A program made the translations under genes and the position numbers. Positions 13,929-25,169 of a DNA stretch of 64,000 nt are shown in pieces. Position 1 is the stretch's first letter. Each line of letters begins with the position of its first letter. Location of the stretch: contig CP075496.1 of NCBI GenBank assembly GCA_021613535.1, positions 4,464,001-4,528,000 on the forward strand. Direction: 5' to 3'. The notes beneath the pieces are model-generated. The model searched no databases, was not told the DNA's origin, and saw nothing but the letters and a program-made list of their open reading frames with translations. This DNA is from Adineta vaga (Eukaryota; Animalia; Rotifera).

Positions 13929-14258
13929 TTAATGTATATTGATTTGTTCAAGTGCTTGAACTGCATCAGCCGGTATATCTTGGCCAAGTTCTTTATAAAG
14001 CGATCGAAGGACTTGTAATTCTTTCATTAATGTATCAACTCGTTCGTTTAATAAACGATTTTCTTCAGCTAATTTATTCATTCTACCTTCCGTTTGTTTT
14101 TGTTTTTCTTTGGCTTTTAATCGACTATTTTTAACCGATTCATTGTTTTTCTTTCGCTGATGATCGTATTCGTCCGAATATTTGACTACTTTCTTATTTC
14201 CAAATCGAGCTAATTTACATTTGGAAATCTCATCCTTTTTCGTATCATTTGAACTCAT
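13929..14258 (-). CDS. Short bZIP-only C/EBP-like protein
   Basis: Basic region KYSDEYDHQRKKNNESVKNSR plus leucine zipper; intronless; clear paralog of the neighbouring gene. Confidence 0.85.
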   Translation of the reverse strand: MSSNDTKKDEISKCKLARFGNKKVVKYSDEYDHQRKKNNESVKNSRLKAKEKQKQTEGRMNKLAEENRLLNERVDTLMKELQVLRSLYKELGQDIPADAVQALEQINIH

Positions 14259-14826
14259 AGCATTCGACGGAATATAATTATGAAATGAATAAAAACTTCA
14301 GTTGTTTTTCACCAGTCAAAATCAAAAATAGTCAACAACCTGATAGCAATATTCTATTCGGTCATGACATTACCAATGAAGATTACTTTTGCGTCAAACA
14401 ACTTGAATTTTATAGATGACTCTCATAGACAGACGAAGGGTATTTTCAAAAAAAATTCAAACAAATAAAAAAGCAAAATGTAATGATCTAATTTGAAATA
14501 GATAAATTCAACATTGTTCATCAAGAGAAAATAATGAACTCCAATGACAAGTCTTTCTGCCGTTGAAAATAATCATATAAAAACATGGTGTCTTTTCAAT
14601 TTGTAGACATAGAATGAATCGATGGTTATGTTGACAACGTGAATGTGGGCGAAATGTTTCGGCTACAATCACGTATATATCAACCTTCTTGTTTTAATAA
14701 ATAATCATGCTCTTTTCATTCGAATGGATAGAATTAATAACAAAAAAGAGATTACGTTTTTTTTCAATGTATTTTATTGAATGTGTTTAGAATAAACGCA
14801 CGAAAAGCAAAGTGAACAAAAAAATA

Positions 14827-14874
14827 TCAAGTAATTTCGAAATTACTTGAACTCATCTCATCTCATCTCATCTC
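14827..14874. repeat. Perfect 24-bp palindrome followed by (CTCAT)n microsatellite
   Basis: TCAAGTAATTTC|GAAATTACTTGA at 14827-14850, then CTCAT units. Confidence 0.85.
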
Positions 14875-15100
14875 CTTTAATGACAATAAAACTTATTTAT
14901 AATGCACAGAAGGCATAGAACGTAAGAAGAAATATGTAGAGATTTATTTTTTCATTTTCATGATTATTTTTTTTTTGTAAATCAACAAAAGCTATTACTA
15001 CCTATTCCGTATTTCACTTGCTTTTTTTTAAAAAGCCGGAGAAAGAAGACGATTGAACGTAATTAATTGACGCCATTTATAATGAATCTGTAGCTGTCGT

Positions 15101-16096
15101 TCAATGTGTGTTATTTGTCGCCAGTGATTGTACTGAATCAACTGGTAAATCATGTTTAAGTTCTTTGTAGAGTGATCGTAGTACTTGTAATTCTTTCATT
15201 AATAGATCGACACGATCATTTAAAACACGATTTTCTTCAGTTAATTTGTTCATTTGAATTTCACCAGTTTTTTGTTTGTCTTTTGCTTTCATTCGACTTT
15301 TCTTTACAGCTTCATTGTTTTTCAATCGTCGATCATGATATTCATTCGAATATTTGATAACTTGTTTGTTACCAAAACGTGCTAGTTTACGAGCTGCACT
15401 ACTGCTTTGCTTGACGCCACGTTGATTGATATCATCACATTCGTTGTCTTCGGAAATTGGTGAACTAATAGAAGAAGTTGTTGTTTCATCATGTGTTGAG
15501 AGAGTTGGTAATGTTGAGGAAAGTTCATGTGTAGAATAATTGTCGGATTGTTCCATGGGAACGTTGGTAAGTTCTTGAATTGTCATAATTGGATCAAAAT
15601 TAAGAAATGGATCAGATGTCAATGAGTCTTCAGGAAAATCTTTGAATAAATCGTCTTCTAAATCAAGATCAGGTAATGGTGTTGTAAGATTTATATTGTC
15701 AAGGATTTGTTGAATAAAGGAGCTATCGCCGATTGGTAGTTCAAATGATGGTTCAAGTGTTGTGTAATTCGACGATTCCAAAGGAACAGCTTCAGTATTA
15801 AAGACACTTATAAGTGACCCGTCGGAGCTGTGTACCTGAAGGGAAGATGATAGTTTTAATTGGTTCTTTATTTTCATAATGGCTGCATCATAGGATGCAT
15901 TAGCCAAGGTTATATTATCTGTTTGTTCCTTAGATATCTCGTTAATCTCAAACTCATCTATGGGCTCATATTTAATCAATTGATCATGGAGATCGTCCTT
16001 ACCGAATTTGAAGACGCAGCTGATTTCGGCGGGTATGGCAAGGATTCCATCGCTTCCTGGTTGAATAGGCTTTGTGGTATACTTAATGTTTGACAT
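15101..16096 (-). CDS. C/EBP-family bZIP transcription factor (long form, acidic N-terminal region)
   Basis: KYSNEYHDRRLKNNEAVKKSRMK matches the C/EBP basic region, followed by a zipper. An alternative spliced model starts at ATG 16050 (see findings). Confidence 0.9.
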   Translation of the reverse strand: MSNIKYTTKPIQPGSDGILAIPAEISCVFKFGKDDLHDQLIKYEPIDEFEINEISKEQTDNITLANASYDAAIMKIKNQLKLSSSLQVHSSDGSLISVFNTEAVPLESSNYTTLEPSFELPIGDSSFIQQILDNINLTTPLPDLDLEDDLFKDFPEDSLTSDPFLNFDPIMTIQELTNVPMEQSDNYSTHELSSTLPTLSTHDETTTSSISSPISEDNECDDINQRGVKQSSSAARKLARFGNKQVIKYSNEYHDRRLKNNEAVKKSRMKAKDKQKTGEIQMNKLTEENRVLNDRVDLLMKELQVLRSLYKELKHDLPVDSVQSLATNNTH

Positions 16097-16346
16097 GTTG
16101 TCTGATTTGTTTCTTCGAAGAAGGAGAAGGGTGAAAAAGCCGTTGTAATTTCTTTCTGTTGTTTCTTTGTATTAGACACGGCTAATGTCGCTTCAAATAT
16201 TTGATTTTGTGTGCAAATTTGGACCTTCACTGTACTAGCTGTTGAAGAATTAGTAATTGTAGACAATGTTTCGTCGAACTGGCGTCGAGAGTGTATGTTC
16301 GAATGAATAGCGATAAAAAAGTAATCGTAATGACGAAATTTGCTAC

Positions 16347-16917
16347 GTTTAAATAGTCGCTTTTCTCTATTTCTCTTTTTTCTCTCTTTTTTGTAAGTTT
16401 CGCAATTACATACAGAGAAATTTCATCATAGATTGCCAACTCTGACTCAAGTCTCTCCCTTCTCTGTGTTTTTTTACTATTTCCCCATCGTCATTATTTA
16501 CTTGGCAAGCTACTCGAGAGAACAGAAAGGAAGAAAAAAATGTCGATAAGAAGCAAAAGAATAAGACAAGCGTCATTGCTGACGGCATGACTCATGAATA
16601 AAAATACGACAGAAAAAGCGAAGTATCCTCACCGATGAAGTATTTCTACTAGTATTGTTTGTTGGATGGCGTTCGTAGTTACTTTGTATACTGATGACGT
16701 GTAATATACATTAAGTCAAGTTTACGTGGCATTGTTTTGTAAATTAAATATAAACAAAAAATTAATCGAAATATACGTTCAAAATGACATTTTTTGTAGA
16801 CGAATAATGTCAAAAGAAGTTTTCCATCTTCTATATATATATATATAGTTTTGAAGTGGAGGAGGCATTTCACGAGAGAAATTACGCCATAATGACGCTC
16901 TTGCACAATTACATCAT
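16347..16917 (-). promoter_or_regulatory. Putative promoter of the long C/EBP gene with clustered bZIP sites
   Basis: TATTTAAA on the minus strand at ~16348-16355; TTTCGCAAT 16398; ATGACTCAT 16587; ATGACGTGT 16694; TTACGTGG 16722; TTGCACAAT 16901 overlapping ATTACATCA 16908. Confidence 0.5.
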
Positions 16918-17513
16918 CCATACAGAAAGAAAAAACGAAAAAGTTTTTTATCATTTTGTTCTGTTCGAATTGGCATTTGCCTGATACACGCTCCTATCAG
17001 ATAAATTTATAAACCAAAAAAGACATTTGTAGTTTTTTGATATTGATTGAAATAATATAAAACAAAATTTATGATTTGAAACGCATATATGTTAGAAAGC
17101 TACGTAGGGAAATAATCTTTTCAAGAGATACTAAATTGCAGTATTTGATTTATTAATCAGGAACTTTTCCTTATGCATATGTATTATTATTTTGTAAATA
17201 TGATAAATGAAATAGAATAAATCATGATAACCTCTCATTTTTTCAGGGAAAATTTCAATCCCAAATTTGATATTTGAACATATTCGTGTTTGCTGTTTTA
17301 ATAGACAGTCAGCTAGAAGATTGAATTCGTTTTAGCCATTTTATAATTATATGTATATATAGCTGCTCTATTTTAAGATCTCAATCAATTATGGAGATCT
17401 TTTACTATCAGTCATGAATAACTCGAATCATTTACACTATTCCTCTACACACTACAAATTTGTATTGAAAACATTAGAAATATAAATCAAAACAAGTACA
17501 ATCATCAGTAAAG

Positions 17514-19807
17514 TTATTCTGCAGTAGCAGGCTTTGTCTTGTCATTCATTATAGTTTCATATCTTCTCTTCACACCATCATTATCGATGTTGATCAGTAA
17601 TTTTTCGTCGTCAACAGATTGCATCCGTAATAATTCAGCAGTACGATCAGATGATTCTAATGGATTAATCGAGCCGATTATTGCTTGCTGAAAAAAAAAC
17701 ATAGACAAAGTTAAATTCGTTGATCATTCAAAACATGCATATTGATACTCTAGATATAACTTTCTGATCTTGTCATATTTCTTCTCACTCTTCAACATCT
17801 AAATACACAGCTTACCTTCAGTTCTCGTCCTTTTGTTTCGATTGGTAATAAATATGCACACAATGCTGCTAAACCAGTCACTACAACAAATATTGAAATA
17901 GTTGTATAGTAAGCCGTTTTGATTAACGCTTGTGCTAGATATGGAACTACAATGGGACCAGTTCTTGCAATAGCTGATCCACATCCAACAGCCATAGCTC
18001 GTATCACTGTTGGATAAACTTCTATTGTATAAACATAGATAAAAGTCAACTGACTATTAAGAAACATCCGTCCGAAAAATGTGATGATACTGATTATTTT
18101 CAGTTCATTCTGTGCTACAAGAAACATTGCAAAACAAAGTGTTCCAAAAGAATATTGCATGATGGATATTGTTCGACGATTGAAATATGAAATAAATAAC
18201 AATAATAATGGAATGCCAAATATTTCACCAAACGTTGTAAATATCAAAGCGATATAATCATTTGTTGCTAACATTTTACATCTTGTGGAGTTAGTTATAT
18301 TTGATTGGATCAATGATGAGTTCTTATCATTCGATACTGCCATTAATGTGGTACTGAGTAAAATAATACCATAATAACCAAAGCAAGCAGCAAACCACAT
18401 ATATGCCAGAAGAATTGTTGTTTTTCTATATTCCATATGAAATAACTGTTTTAACGAACCACATTCACTCTAAAACTCATATATATATATTAGACGTGTT
18501 ATCAGAATAGATCAATAACTTAGAAAAAGATTAAACTCGACATCATTTACACATCATTCATAATGACTTACTTCAGCCTCGACATCCATTAGTTTGCCTT
18601 CTGGTAATGATCGATTATTTATCGTAGCTATCTTTTTTAAAACATCTTCAGCCTTTTCATGTTGACCACTTGCAACATAATATCGAGGTGATTCTGGTAT
18701 GAACTAAAGTAAACATCGTAATCTCTTATTCTTATTTAGCTGAACAATGAATACATACATATATAAATAAAACAATAATAACTGAAGGTAGAGCACAAAG
18801 AAGCGTAAATAAACGCCATCCATATAAAGGCATTACTAACATTGCTAGAGTAAAAACATAGATACAACCTATTGCCCAGAACAGTTGAGAGTAAACACAA
18901 AATAATGCACGTGTCGATGATGGTAGAAATTCGATAATCAGAGTAGAGCTAAACGGTAAAATAAAGACAAACAAATATGAACAAAAATATAATTGTTTGA
19001 ACAGAAGAGCTACACTAATCCTTGATAAATTTAGTCAGCTGTGAGGATTTTGAATATATATAATTCTGATGGAGAGTGGAACCGATAGAATGTACAAATT
19101 CTTATTAGAATCATAGACAAGGGAACGATAGATGCAAAACATAAGTATGTTTCTCATTGCTTCATTTTCTGTTCCAAACTATGATAAAAAAAAAATTCCA
19201 TATTTCTAGACGTTTGTTCGTTCTGATGAAATACCACAATGAGACTATTCTATCGCTTTACAACTCTAATTCATAATAGCTAGTTTATCTGAAAATTGAT
19301 GCATGCAATAAAATAACTACAGTTAATCTTTTTCTTCGCCGTTACTCACGCTGGACTTCCGCCTGCTAAAGCTATTCCAACGAGTGTTCTCATTACCAAT
19401 ATCGAATTATAGTTTGGTGCGAACGTCGTTAATACTCCAAATACAGCTAATAATATAGCACTTATAAAAATTATTTTTCGACGACCATATTTATCAGCCA
19501 TAATTCCAAAAAAGAAAGATCCAATCATCATACCAACGAAAACAAACTAAAGATAGAATAAAATATATTATGAATATATTCAACATGTGAAATCTCGTTT
19601 TTTTACACTAGTCAACGAAGCGACTTTGACGTCCGTCACATCAGGCCAATAACACTGTAATGCTGGTCCTAATACACTAAGCAACATCATTTCGAGCGCT
19701 TCTGTCAGCATATAAAATCCAAGAACTACAGAAAAACGCCATTGAAATCGACCCAAACCAAGATGATCAATACATTGTTCAAGCGTATATGTTCCACTTG
19801 TAGACAT
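17514..19807 (-). CDS. SVOP: SVOP-like major facilitator superfamily transporter
   Basis: MSTSGTYTLEQCIDHLGLGRFQW..EALEMMLLSVLGP, MFS motif A (GIMADKYGRRK), YTIEVYPTVIRA, LPIETKGREL. Confidence 0.85.
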
Positions 19808-21070
19808 TTGTTCAAGATCTAATTCGAAAAGAGAAAAACAATGCATACTAATAGTTGCATTAAAGAAACGAAATATATAGAGCAAAACTTTAAAAAAGAG
19901 CATTTTAATGTGATTACTAGAATAAATTATGGAGCAATTTACTAAAAATAAATCTTCAGTAACAATATTAATATAATATTTTATAATATTCGAATATATG
20001 AATATATGATAATGAAAAAACAGGTGATTCACACAGACAAGGTTGTTTATATTTCGGAGAGGTATGAAATAAGCATAACGTTGCGTACATAGCTGCCGAA
20101 AAAAATACAGAATATAAAAAAGTGAATGATTGGTATTATGTGATTAGTTAATTAATTATCGATTCTTTTTTTTATAAAAACTGAATATATATATTCATCG
20201 TTATTATTGTAATAAGTCTAACAAATATATATATATATATGTATTTTCAGCAGACTCTTCGATTAAATCAACTTAACAACGATATTATAACTTAATGTGA
20301 ATGATAATTCTGAAGTTGCAATTTTCATCAAAAAAATGTGGTTTAATAAATATTTGCAAAAACAAATAATTCAAAGAAAATTGTTCGTTGCTGTCAAAAC
20401 ATCAAAATTCACACAAATAAGAAATATATTTCAATGAATGTCATCTGATGTATGAGACTAATCATTCATCATAATTGTCTCTCAATTATGTCTGTAATGG
20501 CACTGACACATTTCGAACAATCAGTGTATATCTTTATCTTTTCACATTTACATCTGTATTTCTAATTTTTCGATGCATTGAGTAATGAACATATGCGATT
20601 GCATGTGGAACAGATACATTGTCGATTTTGTCACGCGAAAGTCGATGTGATCAAGCAAGATTAGTTCTATATATTGAGATCAATGATTGTATATTTTATG
20701 CATGTATGAAATACAGCGGCATCTATAGACGTTGTTTGATAATGAATTTATTTCAAAGAAAAAAAGTATTTTCGTTCAAATAGAAAAAAAGATCTAATAA
20801 ATTTTCAGCAAAATTTTCCCATCTATTTGTTATTTATTGGTCAGTAATAAGCAATGATCATCAAGTAGAAAAAAGAAAAGAAAAAAGACAAGGCAAGGCA
20901 AGGCAATGTAACTCACATACATCGACCGTGCGGTTTTTCTTTACGACATGATGATATAGAATCATTGAATTGAATCAGCTGATTTCTTTTGTTATTGTCC
21001 ATAAGACCTTGACTAATAATGAATTAGTAAAAACTTCGAAAAAAAAGTTTTTATATTCTTCATAGATGAC

Positions 21071-24000
21071 ATGATGAATAATAATACAATTCGAGAGTTG
21101 AAACTTCATAGTCCAGCTGGTGTTGAACCAGCGGTATTTACATGGCCAAATATTGAACGACAGGTAAAAGATTTTCAAAGAATTCCGTTTTTTTTAAAGC
21201 TCTTTGTTTAGAAAATGAAGAAAGATGCTGTATTTATTGCTGGCGATGAACTCGTTCGAACTATTCGTTTAGTTTTTGAAGGTCTATTTAATTTCTTTTC
21301 TTTGTCATTGAAACTTCGTATTTTTTTTCTCTATAAGTAGATTATCCGGAATTATATCAACCAAATCTTAATATTGATAATTGTGATATTCATTCGTATA
21401 CAAAAATGAAAGAACTATGTGAAAAATTCAATAAAATAGTTGATACACATGTCAAATTAAATCGTGGTACAGAAGCATTTTCTGCTCGTTTACAACAACG
21501 TGCTACAGCAAAATTATTTCGTCATATTCTTGCTCAAGTTTATAGTCGAGCTGTTACTGATCCTGATAAATTACGTGATTATGAACCATTTTCACCTTCA
21601 GTAAATAAAAACATAACAAATCTTTCTTGTGTCTTTCAATAAAAGTTTCTCATTTAGGTCTATGGTGAAACATCACCTGATTTAATTGATTCAATCCTCA
21701 AAGTAATCAATTTAACAGAAGAACAAACATTCATTGATCTTGGTTCAGGTGTTGGTAATGTTGTTTTACATGTCGCAGCACTAGCTGATTGTAAACATGT
21801 GTATGGAATTGAACATGAAGAAACACCTGCAACATACGCGTGTGCTATGGCAGATGAATTTCGTTTTTGGATGCGTTGGTATGGCAAACGTTATTCTGAA
21901 TTTCACCTAGAACAGGGTGATTTTTTATCACATCCAAAAATTGATGAACGAATCAAAGAAGCTGATCTTATTTTTGCAAATAATTACGTTTTTGGTTCGA
22001 CAGTTAATCATGAATTAAAAGTCAAATTTATGAATATGAAAGGTAAGAACTCGAATGAACAAGATGTTTCTACTATTTAATTTTTCATTGATTAGATGGT
22101 GCAAAGATTGTTTCATCGAGAGAGTTTTGTTCTGAAACATTTCGACTTAATGATCGAACAAAAAATGATCTTGGAGCAGTAATGCATGTAACGTAAGAAA
22201 CTTTCATTGGATCTAGTCATGCTTTTTTTCTAATGTCATTGTTTCTCATTTCAATTTCAGAAAACCAGAAGAATTTTCCGGTAAAGTTAGTTGGTCGGAT
22301 AAATCTGTTCAATATTATCTTCATGTCATTGATCATAGTAAATTAGCACATTATTATGAGAAAATACATCAACTTCATACAAAAGTATCAAAATCAAAGT
22401 AAATATCTTTTTGAATTTTGTTCTTGTATGATATTATAAAACAAAAAATAGACATGAAAAATCCTATCATCTTTCGATAACATTTGTACATATAGATTAG
22501 TCTTATTTCACATTATTAACTTTTTATTTTTTATCATTTTAGTCATTCGAAACAGCAACATGACGATGATCGATCAGCAACATCAAATAATTCTTCTACA
22601 TCACCATTATTAACTTTGAAAAAGAATCGAGTAAGCAAATCTCCTAAAATCGATGAAAATCATCCTCCAAATTGTCATATTAAACGAAAACGTAAATCAA
22701 CGTCTCCTCTACCATCATCATCATCATCATCATCATCAACAGCTAATTCTTCGACCATAATTAGTGCTCGTGGTCGAAAAATTCATATCAAACGTCCATC
22801 AGATCACGAATCTGAATGTGATTCAGATGGTTCTAATGATGAATTACTCAATTCGAAACATCGTCGAACAACAAATAAAGATTATCAATCAACATTAAAT
22901 GAATTACATAATGCATCGGAAAAATTCGTTCAATCTAATCAACATTGTCCAATAAAAAATCAACGATTTAATTATCAAAATATGACAAAATTATCAACTG
23001 AAAATCTTCGTCTTAGTCATCTACGTGATTGTTTACTTGAAAAAGAAGATCAGAAATTTATTAATACAATTAATTCATATCTAGAACAATTTCGTCAACG
23101 TCTTTTTTCATATTTTACTTATATGAAATCAGATGTTTATCGTGAAAATTTACGAAAACAATTAGACAATGAAATGGAATTAAATCAAACTTTAAAAGCT
23201 AAAGTGAATTTTCTAGAAAGTAATATCAAAGCGCTATTGGAAGATGCTATTGGTCTTCTCAAATCGCGAACCAATGAGTTGGGTATTAATGATTTAGAAC
23301 GACCTATTCAATTGATCAGTTATGCTGATGATATCTCAAGTAAACATAAAGAATTACGTTCGAAAGTTGCATCATTAGAAAAAGAAATTGCTGAATATGA
23401 TCATGAAAATGAAAAGATCAATTATCTATTAAATAGTCTTCAAACGAATGGACATTCATCAACACCAATCAAATCATCTTCTAATGATAATACATATTCA
23501 AAACTATTAGTTAATATGAGTAAACAAACAACACAACAACATGAACCAAGAAGAGAAAACAAAAATCCAGAATATTCAATCATAACATCACTAAGTCCAA
23601 AGTCATCAGCAGAGAATAAAAACGATGTAAATTCAAGTTTTTATCAAAGTAGGACATAATTAAAACATCGATTGATCATCTTATTCGACACTTTCTTTTT
23701 GTTCAGATTCAACTTCGTCATATAATATTGTAAAAGAAGAACGAAAAACAGATTTTATCATACAGAAACGAGTAAAGAAAAGTCCAAATCTTAATGCGGA
23801 TGGACAGGCTCTTGTTTCACCAATTAAAATCATTAAAATTACTGAAAAAAGACATGATTCACCCGAAATTTTACCTCCACCTCTTCTATCATCATTAACT
23901 TCAACAGTTGCGGACAGTTTTGACAATCTTCTTTCTACAAAACAACTCGAACCAGTTCAAGTTCATTCCGTTGTTTGTAAAAGTGGACAGCAATCCAAAC

Positions 24001-24399
24001 CGGAAAATTCTTTATCCGTAGCTATCGTTCAATCTGTTAATATGAAAGCCTTACTTGATCCTTCATCTCCAAAGTTCAAAACATCAGAAACTTCATTTAA
24101 CAAATCAGATGATAATAAGTAATCTTCATGATTTGATCTTATGCTCATCGAATAGATCATATTTTCAATTTAATCATTCTAGTCAAGATTTAACTATACA
24201 ATCACCACGAAAAAAACGTGATTTTTATGGCAAAACATCGAGTTCACCAGTGTTATTGTCACCTAATAATCGATCACTCGATTCATGGAATACAACTCGT
24301 CCTTCATCAACACCACCCTATTCACGAAGTCTTCCGTTCGTGACAACAAAACTCCCCAATCGATCTCTTTCGAATCCACCTTTGAAAACAACATCTTGA
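21071..24399 (+). CDS. DOT1L: Histone H3K79 methyltransferase DOT1-like
   Basis: LKLHSPAGVEPAVFTWP, YEPFSPSVYGETS, FIDLGSGVGNVVLHVAA, IFANNYVF, downstream coiled coil. The 3' exon structure is less certain. Confidence 0.93.
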
Positions 24400-25169
24400 G
24401 TTCGTCTAATTAAGAAACAGTTCATCTTTATTAATCTCAGTTATATACAGATAATTCTATAACCAACAAAATTGTATCTTTCATTTCTATTCTTTTGTAT
24501 GCTTTCTGTTTTCTCTTTCGGATAGATATTATTTTATACTCGTTTCCTATCTTTGTTGAATGTTCAACAAAGATAAATATCAAAAAGAAGTTAACAAACA
24601 TGCATTTGAATACATTTTTTCTTTTCATTTCTTTCTTTCTTCTACCATTTGTTGTGAAATTATCGTATCTTAAAAAAACATCCAAATTTGTGTCGCAGTT
24701 ATTTGTTTATTCTCTACTATTACTATTATTATTTTGTTTTTTTTTGAATTTGTAATGTTTATATCCATGCATATCTGGAACAGATAGAATAACATTTGAA
24801 AGAAAAAAATATTCGTCATTTAAATGTGATTTTCGCAAATTATACGATAAGATGAACAGCAATCATATTCATTAAAACTAAGTATAGTGACAATTTGTAA
24901 GTAACAAAAGCATGTCAAGGATTTTTTTATTCTTCTACAATAGCTTGTTGCGTGCGACCTCTACAAACCGCTAAAATTAAAAAATTCGACTTACTTATGA
25001 TTAGTTGAGAAATAAGTACCAATCAAATCGTAAATGCTGTCGTTGTCAATATGGCGGCAGAGTTTATCCACCTCATTCCAAATTGGACATACCGATACTT
25101 GAATATATATAAAAATAAACGTCTGACTTTGTGCATTTCTTTTTTTCCGTTTCGTCTTTTAGATTCAAA

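Noticed and set aside
16005-16030. XBP1-like IRE1 hairpin (GAAAU-CAGCUGC-GUCUUC, encoding KSAA) in the C/EBP mRNA. A second CAGCU 192 nt downstream would restore the ATG 16096 frame.
   Set aside because: The second site (CAGCUCC) breaks the CNG/CNG loop consensus and has no stem, and the first stem is weak. Non-canonical splicing is not supported.
15976-16266. 96-aa ORF as an independent gene
   Set aside because: It starts at TTG and overlaps the C/EBP ORF; it is better treated as an alternative frame of that gene.
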